Source: Candidatus Nomurabacteria bacterium (GTDB taxonomy: Bacteria > Patescibacteriota > Minisyncoccia > Phycocordibacterales > UBA5272). From it: a DNA stretch of 64,000 nucleotides. Under the pieces are notes generated by a model, which was given only the letters and a program-made list of their open reading frames with translations, was not told the origin of the DNA and did not search any database. Positions 45,107-56,273 of the stretch are shown here, in pieces. Each line of letters starts with the position of its first letter. Position 1 is the stretch's first letter. The stretch lies in NCBI GenBank assembly GCA_028286645.1, contig JAQBRF010000004.1, positions 337,536 through 401,535 of the forward strand, read 5' to 3'. A program made the translations under genes and the position numbers.

Positions 45107-46471
45107 CTAGTAATTTCTTAATCTTTCTGATTTCTCGTGATTCCTGATCTTCTCATGAACTTTCGCTTCAATCTGTCTGATTCGCTCACGCGTAACCCCA
45201 AACTCAGCGCCCACTTCTTCTAGCGTATTTACTACTCCGTGATATTCGCCAAGTCCGTTTCTCATTTCAACAATCTTTCTTTCCTTTGGTGAAAGCTCTT
45301 CTAGAATTTCGTCGATCTGGTCGGCAAGAATTCTGTGTGATGATTCCTGGTCAGGAGATAAGATCTTATCATCTGAAATAAATTCTCCCAGTGTTGATTT
45401 ATCGTCATCATCTCCAATCGGCTTTTCAAGCGACACGGTATCTTGGTTGATGTTTTCTATAATATGAATCTTTTCCACATCAACTCCCATTTCTACTGCA
45501 ATTTCTTCAGCTAATGGATCGCGTCCTAAGTCCTGAGAAAGACGTCTCACGACTTGTTTGTATTTAGCAATTGTTTCCACCATGTGAACAGGAATACGAA
45601 TAGTACGTGACTGATCCGCAAGGGCTCTCGTGATAGCCTGGCGAATCCACCATGTGGCATAAGTTGAGAACTTATATCCTTTGGTCCAATCAAATTTTTC
45701 AACCGCCTTAAATAATCCAATATTTCCTTCTTGAATTAAGTCAAGAAGTGTAAGATCCGATGATCTTCCCACATACTTCTTTGCAATAGACACCACCAAA
45801 CGGAGGTTGGCTTTTGCAAGCAACGTACTTGCTTCCCTATCTCCTTTTTCTATTCTTTGAGCAAGCTCGCGCTCGTTATCTCCAGAAATAAGCGGATATT
45901 GTCCGATTTCACGAAGATACATTTGAATACTGTCATGAGAACTGTCGGATCCTGCAAGCTTAGTAAGGTCGTCATCCATATCCAAGAGATTCCCTCCTTC
46001 TAGGACATCGATTCCCGCTTGATTCATTTTTTCATAAAGTTCCTCAAGATATAAAATATCTGTTTCAATGGTTGGGAAATATCTTATGATCTCATCATAT
46101 GTAATGAAACCACGCTCCTTGCCTTTTTGCAGAAGTTCTAATTCGTTGCTTTCTCTAGTTGTGACCTTCTTTGGCTTTTCTGGTGCTCTTACTTTTGTCG
46201 GACCAGTTTTTATAGTAAATGCCTTTGGCTTATATTTAGGCTTATCTGAAATCTTTGCTTTTTTTACTACAACCTTTGCCTTTTTAATATTCTTTGAAAA
46301 TTTTCCCCCTTTACTTGCACTAGTCTTTTTTAAATTTTTACTATTATTTTTATTTAGAGGTGCCTTCTTTTTTTGTGGCACATCTCTTTTGGCTTTAGCC
46401 TTTTTTGCTGCAGATTTTACTGCAGGTTTTTTATGTAAACTTTTCTTTTGTGAAGTAACTTTTTTCGCCAT
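45107..46471 (-). CDS. rpoD: RNA polymerase sigma-70 factor with Lys-rich N-terminus
   Basis: Region 2 LVVSIAKKYVGRSSDLTLLDLIQEGNIGLFKAVEKFDWTKGYKFSTYATWWIRQAI. Region 4 LEEVGAEFGVTRERIRQIE. Confidence 0.9.
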   Translation of the reverse strand: MAKKVTSQKKSLHKKPAVKSAAKKAKAKRDVPQKKKAPLNKNNSKNLKKTSASKGGKFSKNIKKAKVVVKKAKISDKPKYKPKAFTIKTGPTKVRAPEKPKKVTTRESNELELLQKGKERGFITYDEIIRYFPTIETDILYLEELYEKMNQAGIDVLEGGNLLDMDDDLTKLAGSDSSHDSIQMYLREIGQYPLISGDNERELAQRIEKGDREASTLLAKANLRLVVSIAKKYVGRSSDLTLLDLIQEGNIGLFKAVEKFDWTKGYKFSTYATWWIRQAITRALADQSRTIRIPVHMVETIAKYKQVVRRLSQDLGRDPLAEEIAVEMGVDVEKIHIIENINQDTVSLEKPIGDDDDKSTLGEFISDDKILSPDQESSHRILADQIDEILEELSPKERKIVEMRNGLGEYHGVVNTLEEVGAEFGVTRERIRQIEAKVHEKIRNHEKSERLRNY

Positions 46472-46537
46472 GTTGACGTGTAAGCGGGATTATATCATAT
46501 ATAGACGTATGTGTCCATGGAAAAATTACAGCAATTA

Positions 46538-48169
46538 TTAACCCCCATTATTTTTCATATGAATATAGATTTTCTGCAATATCTCATCTTCGTCATGGCC
46601 CTCTTCTTGCAACTTTTGCTGAAGTTCTAAAAGGCTTTGTTTATGAAGCTCTTTTTTATATGTGCTGATTAAATCTGTAAAATATTTATCTTTATTCCCA
46701 ACAGCTTTTTCTTCCAGCTTGAACATTTCTTCTTGAATAATGGCTTCTGGGAATTGCTCTAGATCAAGCGAAAGAGAAAGCAGGCTTTCGTCATTTAATT
46801 TGCTAGTTAAAGTAGCATAGGCGATTAATTCCCGCGCGATTCTATCTTTGAGCGGAACCGGGCTCGTAATTTCTTTTATAACTTCAGCTTGATGGAATGA
46901 GCCACGTGATAATTCTTCCATAAGCACGCTTTGTGGAATATTTGCTTTTTCTTCTATAACTCTTAGGAAGTGCGCTCGGTCAATCGGAGATTGTATAGCT
47001 CGAATAAAAGGCAGGAGTTCACTTACTATTCTCTGCCCCCGAATACGCTGATCTTTTTCTGATTTTAATATGTCGTTTAAAACATTTTCTACAATATGCT
47101 TTTTATTTTCTATCGCTTTTAGCCAGTCTTCCTTGCTTTCTTTTATTAAATCCGCCGGATCTTTCGAGCCGATTGAAATAACATAAACATCTAAGCCTCC
47201 CAGAAGGCAAAGCATGGCAGTTTTTTTAAGCGCAGCTTCTCCCGCTTTATCCTGATCAAATGAAAGGATTACCGTATCACAAAATCTTTTAATTAAATTA
47301 ATATGCTCATCAGTAAAAGCAGTACCAGAGACCGCTACGGTGTTCGTAACACCCGCTTGATAACTCATACAAAGATCCATCTGTCCTTCTACTATTACCA
47401 CGGCTTTTGATTCAGACATCTTTTTCTTCGCTGTATCGTACCCAAATAAAATCTTAGATTTATGGTAAAGTGCTGTCTCTGGAGTATTCACATATTTGCC
47501 TTGTGCAACCGTAGCATCAACAAAGCTGGGCAAAATCCGCCCTGAATAGCCCACAGTAGCCCCAGACACGTTTCTAATAGGAAACATGATTCTTCCTCTG
47601 AATCTGTCATACCAACCCTTAGTCTTGCCGCTACTATCTTTTGCCTCAATGGTAATTCCGGACTGTTCCATTTCTTCAGGAGAATATCCCTTAGAAGCTA
47701 AATACATGAATAAATCGCGCCACTCATTCTTTGCAAAGCCGATGTGGAATGTAGAGATTGTTTCTTCGGTTAACCCGCGTTCTAATAAATAATTCTTAGA
47801 TTCCGGACTATTTTTTAAATTGTTTTCGAAATGAATGGTGGCATCTTTTAATAAAGAAACCAGCCGCATATCTTCTTTATTCTTTTCAGTGTTGGTCAAT
47901 TGAATCCCAGCTCTATCTGCTAAAATTTTAAGCGCATCAAAAAATGGAATGTTTTCAATTTTTTCAACGAATGTAAAAATATCTCCATGAGCTTGACAGC
48001 CGAAGCAATGAAATGATTTTCTTTCAGGTGAAACATAAAAGCTCGGTGTTTTCTCATTGTGGAACGGACAGCGCGCTCGAAACTGACTTCCAGATTTTTC
48101 TAAGCGGATATATGTAGTGACGACATCAGTTATAGAGAGATTTTCCTTTATCTGGTCTTTAGGATTCAT
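46538..48169 (-). CDS. dnaG: DNA primase
   Basis: Zinc ribbon CPFHNEKTPSFYVSPERKSFHCFGCQAHGD. TOPRIM domain. dnaG-rpoD operon order. Confidence 0.9.
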   Translation of the reverse strand: MNPKDQIKENLSITDVVTTYIRLEKSGSQFRARCPFHNEKTPSFYVSPERKSFHCFGCQAHGDIFTFVEKIENIPFFDALKILADRAGIQLTNTEKNKEDMRLVSLLKDATIHFENNLKNSPESKNYLLERGLTEETISTFHIGFAKNEWRDLFMYLASKGYSPEEMEQSGITIEAKDSSGKTKGWYDRFRGRIMFPIRNVSGATVGYSGRILPSFVDATVAQGKYVNTPETALYHKSKILFGYDTAKKKMSESKAVVIVEGQMDLCMSYQAGVTNTVAVSGTAFTDEHINLIKRFCDTVILSFDQDKAGEAALKKTAMLCLLGGLDVYVISIGSKDPADLIKESKEDWLKAIENKKHIVENVLNDILKSEKDQRIRGQRIVSELLPFIRAIQSPIDRAHFLRVIEEKANIPQSVLMEELSRGSFHQAEVIKEITSPVPLKDRIARELIAYATLTSKLNDESLLSLSLDLEQFPEAIIQEEMFKLEEKAVGNKDKYFTDLISTYKKELHKQSLLELQQKLQEEGHDEDEILQKIYIHMKNNGG

Positions 48170-48322
48170 GTGTCCATTTTAGCACAAGCTAAATGGACAG
48201 ATTTTAGACGTTAGATATTAGATTTTAGGTAGATCAAACCCAACTTCCAGTTGGCATAAATAAAAAATATAGAAATAAAAAAGCCCGCAACTGGTGCGGA
48301 GCTTTCGGCCGATAAGGCCTGG

Positions 48323-48868
48323 TTAAGCGATCGGGTCAAAATCGTTGGAGATCCCGAACTCTGCAAAGAGGGTGAAGACTCGTTCGCAAACGATGGCTTT
48401 CGCGAGATCTCGTACGAAGGTGTCGATGGCCCGACCCCTCGGATACAGACCCCCGAATTCCTTTATAACTACGCTGTGTGCCTGACAGAAATCATCAAGC
48501 TTGTCCATCAGAAAACCTGCTTCACCGCTACGTTTGATGATACCCATGGTGTGAGTGAAGGAGAAGTTGTTTTGGGTTTTTTCCTTCACCACATTCACGA
48601 TTACGGCGGCGAGATCAGTTTTTGCGTTGATCAAAGCCATCTGAGTTTCCTCATCTTCTGTGATCCTTTTCAGGACCTCCTTGCCCACTTCCAGAAAAAT
48701 AGGGTCGCCTTGGCGACTTCCTGTGGACTTGTAAAAGCGAGAAAGCAACTCAACAGAACTATGTGCGGATTGCATATAGTCTCCTTGACTATCAAGGTCC
48801 ACCTCACGACAATTCGTAAGCATGGAAGATTCGAGGTTCGTCCTCGTCCGAACCATAACAAACAACAA
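48323..48868 (-). CDS. hypothetical protein (GC-moderate) between rpoC and dnaG
   Basis: ORF with a minus-strand terminator (CCGCAccagtTGCGG plus a T-run) at about 48268-48300. Confidence 0.4.
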   Translation of the reverse strand: MLFVMVRTRTNLESSMLTNCREVDLDSQGDYMQSAHSSVELLSRFYKSTGSRQGDPIFLEVGKEVLKRITEDEETQMALINAKTDLAAVIVNVVKEKTQNNFSFTHTMGIIKRSGEAGFLMDKLDDFCQAHSVVIKEFGGLYPRGRAIDTFVRDLAKAIVCERVFTLFAEFGISNDFDPIA

Positions 48869-48985
48869 TGGTTAATATACAGTATACCACGTAATATGAC
48901 TCATTGTCAATAGTAAAAAGCCTTATTAAATAAGGCTTTTTACTATATTCATATAGATTCTTAAAAAGTCAGAAGCTGATTCAGA

Positions 48986-51900
48986 TTATGACTTTTTATC
49001 TTTCTTTTCCCTTAATCCAGTGCCGGCGGGGATAAGTCGTCCAATAATCACATTCTCCTTCAACCCTCGAAGCTCATCAATCTGGCCTCTTGTTGAAGCG
49101 TTGATAAGAACTCTCGTAGTGTTTTGGAATGATGCTGAGGACAGCCATGATGAGGTAGAAAGTGCTACGTCCGTTATACCTAATACTAAATGCTTTCCCT
49201 TTGCTTCTACTCCGCCGTTTTTCTTCACGCGATTATTCTCAGTTCTAAAGTTTGATATTTCAACAATATCGCTTTGTGTGAACTTGGTATCTCCTGGGTT
49301 TGAAACTTTAATTCTTCCGAACATTTGCTTGATCACTATTTCCACGTGCTTACGTGAAATTGAAGCTCCTTGAAGTTCATACACCTTGTTGATTTCACTA
49401 ACGATGTATTCTTCTGCAGCTTCTTTGCTTGCTTGATTAAATAATTCATCTATGTCCGCAGATCCATCAGTGATCATGGCTCCCTTTTTTACCATATCCC
49501 CTACTTTTACAATAGGCTGGCGTCTAAATGGTACAGTGTACTCAATTTGCTTGCCGCTTTTATTTCCCTTTGCTCCATCATCATCTGCTAGGATAATGAT
49601 AACCTTTTCCTTTCCTTCGTCACGAATACCTAGCACTTCGCCAGATTCATGCGCAATGATAGATGGATTCTTCGGAGTTCGGCGTTCGAAAATTTCTTCA
49701 ACACGAGGAAGACCTTGTGTGATGTCCGTTCCTGCCACACCTCCAGAGTGGAATGTACGCATAGTAAGCTGAGTTCCTGGTTCACCGATCGCTTGAGCGG
49801 CCACGATTCCTACAGCTTCACCAAGCTGAACCTGATGATTTCGTCCCATGTCCAGACCATAACACTTTTGACATAATCCATGCATTGACTGGCAAACAAG
49901 AGGTGAGAATACTTTTACTTCTTCTACTCCGCTGTTTTCTATTTCTAACGCATCATCTTTTGATACAAGGTGATTTTTCTTAAATATGACTTTCCCTCCA
50001 ACTATTATGTCTTCAGCGATAACTCGTCCACGAACATTCTTTGAAATCGGCACTTCAATTCCTAATGCGTTTTCCTTGCGCACAATCTTATGCTCTTTCG
50101 TTCCGCAATCAACTTCTGTGATGATGGCGTCTTGTGCCACATCCACCAATCTTCGAGTAAGATATCCCGCTTGAGCTGTTTTCAAGGCGGTGTCTGAGTT
50201 ACCTTTACGCGCTCCATAAGTTGTAATGAAGTATTCAAGCGGAGTAAGACCTTCTTTATAAGAAGAAATTACAGGGAAGTCGATATTTCTTCCGGAGTTG
50301 TTAACGATAATACCCTTCATACCTGACATTTGAATAACCTGAGCCATAGAACCTCGGGCTTCAGATGTAATAAGATCATAAACTGATCCATGCTTTTCTA
50401 GAGATGCTGGGATAAGCTTTTCGATCTTCTTACGAACATCCTGCCAAGATAGAATAGTCTTTTCATATCTTTCTTCTTCAGACAAAAGACCTTCCTGGAA
50501 ATCTTCTACGATTCGCGCAGCTTGCCTCCATCCTTCTTCGACTAACACTCCCTTTTCTGGCGGAACTTTCACTGCATCAATATTCCAAGTAGTCCCTGAA
50601 ATAGTTGCATACTTATAGCCGAATGCTTTTATTTTATCAATCACTGACGGAGCAGTATCTAATCCATATGTAAGAATTACCTGGTCTATAATTCCGTTCA
50701 TTTTCTTTCCTGTGACTTCTTCATTTATATATGGGAAAGAAGTTGGAAATACAGAGTTAAATAATAGCTTTCCGACAGTTGTCTGAAATGGCTTTCCTTC
50801 GTACTTTGCATATTTTTCTTTATCAGTTGATGCAAGCACCCAGATTTTCGCTCTGAAAGAGAGGATTCCGAATTCATACGCGGTAATTGCTTCGTTTGGA
50901 GAAGCGAAATATTTATTCTCGCCTTTTTCTCCGTCAATATCTTTTGTCATCCAATATGTTCCAAGCACCATGTCCATTCTAGGGTTCACTGTAGAGTCTC
51001 CGCTTCCTGGCTTTAGTAAGTTTCTGTTTGCCGCCATAAGAGTTCTCGCTTCTTCCTGTGCCTCAATAGAAAGTGGCAAGTGAACCGCCATCTGGTCTCC
51101 GTCGAAGTCTGCGTTAAAGGCAGAACAAACGAGAGGGTGAAGAGAAATAGCATTTCCTTCGATCAATTTCGGATTGAAAGCCTGGATACCAAGTCGGTGA
51201 AGAGTCGGAGCTCGGTTTAGAAGCACATATTTTCCTTTAATACACTCTTCTAAAATTGCCCACACTTCTGGAATTCCATCTTCAATAAGCTTATTTGCTC
51301 CGCGTATGTTAAATGCTAATTCTCTTTCTAAGATTTTAGAAATAATAAATGGCTTAAAGAGTTCAAGGGCCATGTGCTTAGGAAGACCACATTCATTGAG
51401 TGCAAGTGATGGACCTACGACAATAACAGAACGAGCTGAGTAGTCCACACGCTTTCCTAGAAGGTTTCCTCTAAGTAGCCCTTGCTTTCCTTTCAAGTTA
51501 TCAGATAGCGACTTTAATTGTCGCTTCTGAGACTGGCTCATAACAGCATCTTGTCCATGACGCGCGGAGTTATCTATAAGCGCATCTACAGCTTCCTGAA
51601 GAATTCTTTTTTCATTTCTTAAAATAACATCTGGGGCGCCGATTTCCATTAACTTCTTCAATCGGTTATTTCTGTTTATCACGCGTCGGTAAAGATCGTT
51701 TACATCTGATGCGGCATAACGACCTCCTTCAAGTGCAACCATCGGACGAATACCTGGAGGAATAACTGGAATAGTTGTTAAGAACATCCACTCTGGACGA
51801 ATACCAGCGATTTGGAATGCTCTTATTAATGAAAGTCTCTTTTCTGCCTTATCACGTTCAAGTGCGCCGGCTTTTTCTAGCTGCTTAACTATTCCTTCTT

Positions 51901-52591
51901 CGATTGCCTTCAAATCCATTAATTTAAATAGATCAAAGATGGCTTCAGCTCCGATTCCGGCTTCAAACATCGTGCCATATTTCATGGCATATCTGTGATA
52001 GGTAAGCTCGTCAAATATTTTTGATGGCTTGATTTCTTCAATCTCCTTTTTGGTAGAAGTTAAAAGCTCTCGAAGCTTATCTTGAGTCTTTTCATCATTT
52101 GCTGATTTTACCTTCGCCTTAAATTCGCTATCAAGGTTTGCTAAAATTTCAGCTTTCGCTGCCAGGTTTACTGATTTAACAACATATCCAGCAAAGTAAA
52201 TAACCTTTTCTACATCAGATACCGGCTGAGCAAGTATAAGAGAGATACGGGAAGGAACATTTCTTAAGAACCAAATGTGCGCAACAGGTGAAGCGAGCTC
52301 AATATGCCCCATTCTTTCACGTCGAACTATAGACTTAGTAACTTCCACTCCACACTTTTCACATATAATATCCTTATATCGAATGCGTCGATATTTTCCA
52401 CAATAACATTCATAATCTTTTTCAGGACCAAATATTCGCTCATCAAAGAGACCATATCTTTCACTTCTGCCAGTTCTATAGTTGATGGTTTCTGGCTTGG
52501 TAACTTCACCAAAGCTCCATGATCGGATTGTTTCCGGAGAAGCAATCTTGATTTCCAGACCGTCAAAATTTTGTGTATCAATTGTTTTCAT
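48986..52591 (-). CDS. rpoC: RNA polymerase beta' subunit
   Basis: Zinc-binding YECYCGKYRRIRYKDIICEKCGVEV. Catalytic NADFDGDQMAVH. 1201 aa. Confidence 0.95.
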   Translation of the reverse strand: MKTIDTQNFDGLEIKIASPETIRSWSFGEVTKPETINYRTGRSERYGLFDERIFGPEKDYECYCGKYRRIRYKDIICEKCGVEVTKSIVRRERMGHIELASPVAHIWFLRNVPSRISLILAQPVSDVEKVIYFAGYVVKSVNLAAKAEILANLDSEFKAKVKSANDEKTQDKLRELLTSTKKEIEEIKPSKIFDELTYHRYAMKYGTMFEAGIGAEAIFDLFKLMDLKAIEEGIVKQLEKAGALERDKAEKRLSLIRAFQIAGIRPEWMFLTTIPVIPPGIRPMVALEGGRYAASDVNDLYRRVINRNNRLKKLMEIGAPDVILRNEKRILQEAVDALIDNSARHGQDAVMSQSQKRQLKSLSDNLKGKQGLLRGNLLGKRVDYSARSVIVVGPSLALNECGLPKHMALELFKPFIISKILERELAFNIRGANKLIEDGIPEVWAILEECIKGKYVLLNRAPTLHRLGIQAFNPKLIEGNAISLHPLVCSAFNADFDGDQMAVHLPLSIEAQEEARTLMAANRNLLKPGSGDSTVNPRMDMVLGTYWMTKDIDGEKGENKYFASPNEAITAYEFGILSFRAKIWVLASTDKEKYAKYEGKPFQTTVGKLLFNSVFPTSFPYINEEVTGKKMNGIIDQVILTYGLDTAPSVIDKIKAFGYKYATISGTTWNIDAVKVPPEKGVLVEEGWRQAARIVEDFQEGLLSEEERYEKTILSWQDVRKKIEKLIPASLEKHGSVYDLITSEARGSMAQVIQMSGMKGIIVNNSGRNIDFPVISSYKEGLTPLEYFITTYGARKGNSDTALKTAQAGYLTRRLVDVAQDAIITEVDCGTKEHKIVRKENALGIEVPISKNVRGRVIAEDIIVGGKVIFKKNHLVSKDDALEIENSGVEEVKVFSPLVCQSMHGLCQKCYGLDMGRNHQVQLGEAVGIVAAQAIGEPGTQLTMRTFHSGGVAGTDITQGLPRVEEIFERRTPKNPSIIAHESGEVLGIRDEGKEKVIIILADDDGAKGNKSGKQIEYTVPFRRQPIVKVGDMVKKGAMITDGSADIDELFNQASKEAAEEYIVSEINKVYELQGASISRKHVEIVIKQMFGRIKVSNPGDTKFTQSDIVEISNFRTENNRVKKNGGVEAKGKHLVLGITDVALSTSSWLSSASFQNTTRVLINASTRGQIDELRGLKENVIIGRLIPAGTGLREKKDKKS

Positions 52592-52705
52592 AGTTTTTTG
52601 ATTGATTTTTAATGAGTGGAGCGATTATAAAAATCATCACCCAGCCATTTATTTTTATTTTTTGTTTTTACCATTTTCTAAAATGGCTGGGCAAATAATT
52701 TAGTC

Positions 52706-55700
52706 TTATAATGATGTTTCGCCTAAAATTGGTTCCTCTCTGCTTTCGACCTTGCGAGGCACTACGTCAAGCGATAGCCCGCGAAGTGTGTTTAACATCA
52801 CCGTAAACGATGCCGGAGTATTCGGCTCCTTAACGTCTTCTCCCTTGATGATAGAATCGAATGCTTGTGAACGCCCTACAATATCGTCAGATTTCACAGT
52901 AAGCATTTCACGCAAGATGTGCGCAGCTCCATAACCTTCGAGTGCCCATACTTCCATTTCTCCAAATCTCTGTCCTCCTCCTTGAGCTTTTCCGCCAAGC
53001 GGCTGCTGTGTAATAAGAGAATAAGGGCCGATTGATCGCATGTGAATCTTATCTTCCACCATATGGTGAAGTTTCAGGATATACATAACGCCGATTGCTG
53101 TTTCTTTATCGAACTTATCGCCTGTTCTTCCGTCATAAAGCTGAACCGTACCAGAATCCTTAAATCCTGCCTTTACTAGTTCTTCTTTAATTTCTGTTTC
53201 ATTGGCTCCTTGGAATGACGGAACAATAGCTTGGTATCCTAAGGTTTCTGCGGCAAGACCTAAATGCATTTCTAGTATTTGTCCTAGGTTCATACGTGAT
53301 GGCACACCAAGAGGAGTAAGAATGATGTCAATTGGAGTTCCGTCTGCATCGTATGGCATTTCTTCTACTGGAAGAATTGTTGAAATAACACCCTTGTTTC
53401 CATGACGTCCAGCAAGCTTGTCTCCGACTGAAATGTTTCTGATCTGTGCTACTTCAATATGGATTCTTTTTATGATTCCACTTTCCAAGTGATCTCCGCG
53501 TTCACGTGAGAATACTTTTACACCTATGACGCGTCCGCGCTTTCCGTGATCAAGTCGAAGAGATGAATCTTTCACATCTCGCACTTTTTCACCGAAGATT
53601 GAACGAAGAAGTCTTTCTTCTGGGGTAAGTTCGGTCTCACCCTTTGGTGTAATCTTTCCTACCATAATGTCTCCTGGTCTGACTTCTGCTCCGATACGCA
53701 CAACCCCGTCTTCATCTAAATTCTTGAGTTTATTTTCTCCTACGTTTGGAATATCGTGTGTTGTAACTTCAGCTCCTAACTTTGTATCTCGGACGTTACA
53801 TACGAATTCTTCAATGTGAATCGAGCTAAACTTGCTTTCCTTTACCAATCTTTCTGAAAGAATAATAGCGTCTTCAAAGTTGGCTCCATTCCATGACATA
53901 AATGCCACGCGGATGTTATGGCCGAGCGCGATCTGTCCGTTATCCGATGTAGCAGCATCTGCTAGGATTTGTCCTTTTTTAACTTTATCTCCTATAGAAA
54001 CTGCAGGTCTCTGGTGGAAGAGATTGAAGGCATTTGTTCTCGCAAAGTTGATAAGCGCGTATTCATATTCTTTCTTTTCACTCTTTACCACAATTTTCTT
54101 TGCATCCACATACTTAACTTCTCCTGCTTCTTCCGCGATAATAAGTCGTCCAATGTGCTTTGCTGCTTCTCCTTCCATACCGGTTGCTACTAGCGGCGCT
54201 TCTGGACGCATAAGCGGAACTGCTTGCTTTTGCATGTTTGAACCCATCAGTGCTCTAGACGCGTCGTCATGCTCTAGGAATGGAATCATAGAAGTTGCGA
54301 CAGAAAAGGCTTGGTTCGTTGCTACATCAATGAATTCAACTTCATTTCTTTCTGCAAGAGCCGGTTGTCCCGCGCGACGGACTTCAATTTCATCATTAAC
54401 AAATTTTCCATCTTTATCATATTCATTTCCGGCATGCGCAATAACAAACCTCTCTTCTTCAAGAGCGTTCATATACACGATCTCCTTAGTAATCTTTCCT
54501 TTCAATACCTTTACATACGGAGTTTCGATAATACCGAAATCATTTATTCGGGCGTAATTCGAAAGACGCAAAATAAGACCGATGTTTGGACCTTCTGGAG
54601 TATGGATTGGACACACGCGGCCGTAGTGGGATGTGTGCACGTCACGAACTTCAAATCCAGCTCGTTCTCGTGTTAAACCTCCGGGACCTAGCGCTGAAAG
54701 CGTTCTTAAGTGTTCAACTTCTGCTAGAAGGTTTTCCTGGTTCATAAACTGTGAAAGCTGGTTAGTCGTAAAGAATTCCTTGATACGAGCCTGTAGCGGA
54801 CGCTGGTTGATGATAGCGATAGGAAGTGTCGTATCAGTATCTATAACTGACATTTTATCCTGAATATTTCTCTTCATCTGCATCATTCCCGTTCGGATCT
54901 TTCCGGCCATCATTTCTCCTACATATCTAACGCGTCGTGAACCTAAGTGGTCGATATCGTCTTCTTCTGCATTTGGATTGTTGTTAAGTTCAACAATGTG
55001 ATTGATAATATCTATAAGATCCTCTTTTGAAAGAGTTCTTCGAGCACCTTCCTTGTCTTTCGGATCGATTGACTTGCCGAATCTTTTATTAAATCTGAAT
55101 CGTCCTACGGGAGAAAGATCATATCTTTCAGGCGAAAGAATAGCATCTATATGCTCCTTTGCGTTTTCTGGGGTCGCCAAATCTCCATCTCGAAGACGTT
55201 TATAAATTTCTATATATGAATCATGAAGTGTCTTTATTTCATCTTTAGCAACTACCAGATCCATAAGCGGACCAGTAATCGGATGATCCTTAAATGCGGC
55301 TTTAATCTGCTCATCTGTTGATAGTCCAAGCACGCGCATTAGGGCGATAATTGAAAACTTTCTTTTCTTGTCTATTCGAACATACATTCCTCCATCAGAT
55401 TCTGATCCGATTTCAATCCATACTCCACGAGCAGGAATAATCTTCGCACCGAAATATCTTTTTCCCTTTGATTCTTCTGAATCAAAAAATACTCCGAAAG
55501 AACGCGCAAGCTGTGGTACAACTACACGTTCAACTCCGTTAATGATGAATGTTCCGTGAACAGTCATCAATGGAAAATCTGCCATGAAGATTTCCTGTTC
55601 TTTAACAGTATTTAATATTTTGTTTGTTAGCTTTACTCGAGCACGCAGTGGCGCTTCATAAGTCAGCTTATTTTCCTTCGCATAGACTTCATCATACTTA

Positions 55701-55921
55701 GGCGGAGATAGCTCAAAAGAAATAAACTCCAGATCAAATTTCTTTTCTGAATAATCACGAAGTGGAGAGAATTCTCTGAAGATTTCTACAATTCCTCTTT
55801 CTGTTAAGTCTTTATATGAAAGGATTTGGTTTTCTACCAGGTTTGGCAACTTAGTGAGCGGTTCACGATACTTTGAGAACGTTTTCTGCGGACGCACATG
55901 GGAATTATGTGTTTTTGGCAT
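52706..55921 (-). CDS. rpoB: RNA polymerase beta subunit
   Basis: Conserved rpoB blocks, for example GEMEVWALEGYGAAHIL. The ATG at 55921 is preferred over the TTG-initiated ORF start at 55939. Confidence 0.95.
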   Translation of the reverse strand: MPKTHNSHVRPQKTFSKYREPLTKLPNLVENQILSYKDLTERGIVEIFREFSPLRDYSEKKFDLEFISFELSPPKYDEVYAKENKLTYEAPLRARVKLTNKILNTVKEQEIFMADFPLMTVHGTFIINGVERVVVPQLARSFGVFFDSEESKGKRYFGAKIIPARGVWIEIGSESDGGMYVRIDKKRKFSIIALMRVLGLSTDEQIKAAFKDHPITGPLMDLVVAKDEIKTLHDSYIEIYKRLRDGDLATPENAKEHIDAILSPERYDLSPVGRFRFNKRFGKSIDPKDKEGARRTLSKEDLIDIINHIVELNNNPNAEEDDIDHLGSRRVRYVGEMMAGKIRTGMMQMKRNIQDKMSVIDTDTTLPIAIINQRPLQARIKEFFTTNQLSQFMNQENLLAEVEHLRTLSALGPGGLTRERAGFEVRDVHTSHYGRVCPIHTPEGPNIGLILRLSNYARINDFGIIETPYVKVLKGKITKEIVYMNALEEERFVIAHAGNEYDKDGKFVNDEIEVRRAGQPALAERNEVEFIDVATNQAFSVATSMIPFLEHDDASRALMGSNMQKQAVPLMRPEAPLVATGMEGEAAKHIGRLIIAEEAGEVKYVDAKKIVVKSEKKEYEYALINFARTNAFNLFHQRPAVSIGDKVKKGQILADAATSDNGQIALGHNIRVAFMSWNGANFEDAIILSERLVKESKFSSIHIEEFVCNVRDTKLGAEVTTHDIPNVGENKLKNLDEDGVVRIGAEVRPGDIMVGKITPKGETELTPEERLLRSIFGEKVRDVKDSSLRLDHGKRGRVIGVKVFSRERGDHLESGIIKRIHIEVAQIRNISVGDKLAGRHGNKGVISTILPVEEMPYDADGTPIDIILTPLGVPSRMNLGQILEMHLGLAAETLGYQAIVPSFQGANETEIKEELVKAGFKDSGTVQLYDGRTGDKFDKETAIGVMYILKLHHMVEDKIHMRSIGPYSLITQQPLGGKAQGGGQRFGEMEVWALEGYGAAHILREMLTVKSDDIVGRSQAFDSIIKGEDVKEPNTPASFTVMLNTLRGLSLDVVPRKVESREEPILGETSL

Positions 55922-56212
55922 AAATTGGCAGTGCGCCAAAACGGCCTTTCTCCGTTTTGGCTAAATTTTTAGTATTAAAATTAGTAAACAAACCTCTCTT
56001 TCTCTTTTTGGACACCCCGAGCTCATGACTCAATCGTTATAGAAGCATAACACAATAATTTTAAGGGCGCAAGCCTTAAAGACCAGCTTCTTTATCCTAT
56101 TTCTTTTTAATCTCCGATTTTTAGGCACAGGTATTTTTATTGCTATAAAAATCCTTCCTTCTCGTCTACTCGACTCCGAAAGTCCTAAAAATAGGAGATT
56201 GGATTCCTTAAT

Positions 56213-56243
56213 ACAAAAAACAAAAGCCCATCTTACGATGGGC
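56213..56243 (-). terminator. rho-independent terminator
   Basis: Minus strand GCCCATCgtaaGATGGGC followed by TTTTGTTTTTTG. Confidence 0.65.
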
Positions 56244-56273
56244 CCCGCGAGAAAACGGTTAAAGACTCAGTAT

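Noticed and set aside
52592-52705. rpoB-rpoC intergenic inverted repeat CCCAGCCATTT...AAATGGCTGGG (about 11-bp stem, 30-nt loop)
   Set aside because: It is probably an ordinary processing or attenuator hairpin, as found between rpoB and rpoC in many bacteria. It is not distinctive enough to report as a finding.
49020-55559. Numerous short ORFs antisense to rpoC and rpoB
   Set aside because: They lie inside universally conserved RNAP subunit genes.
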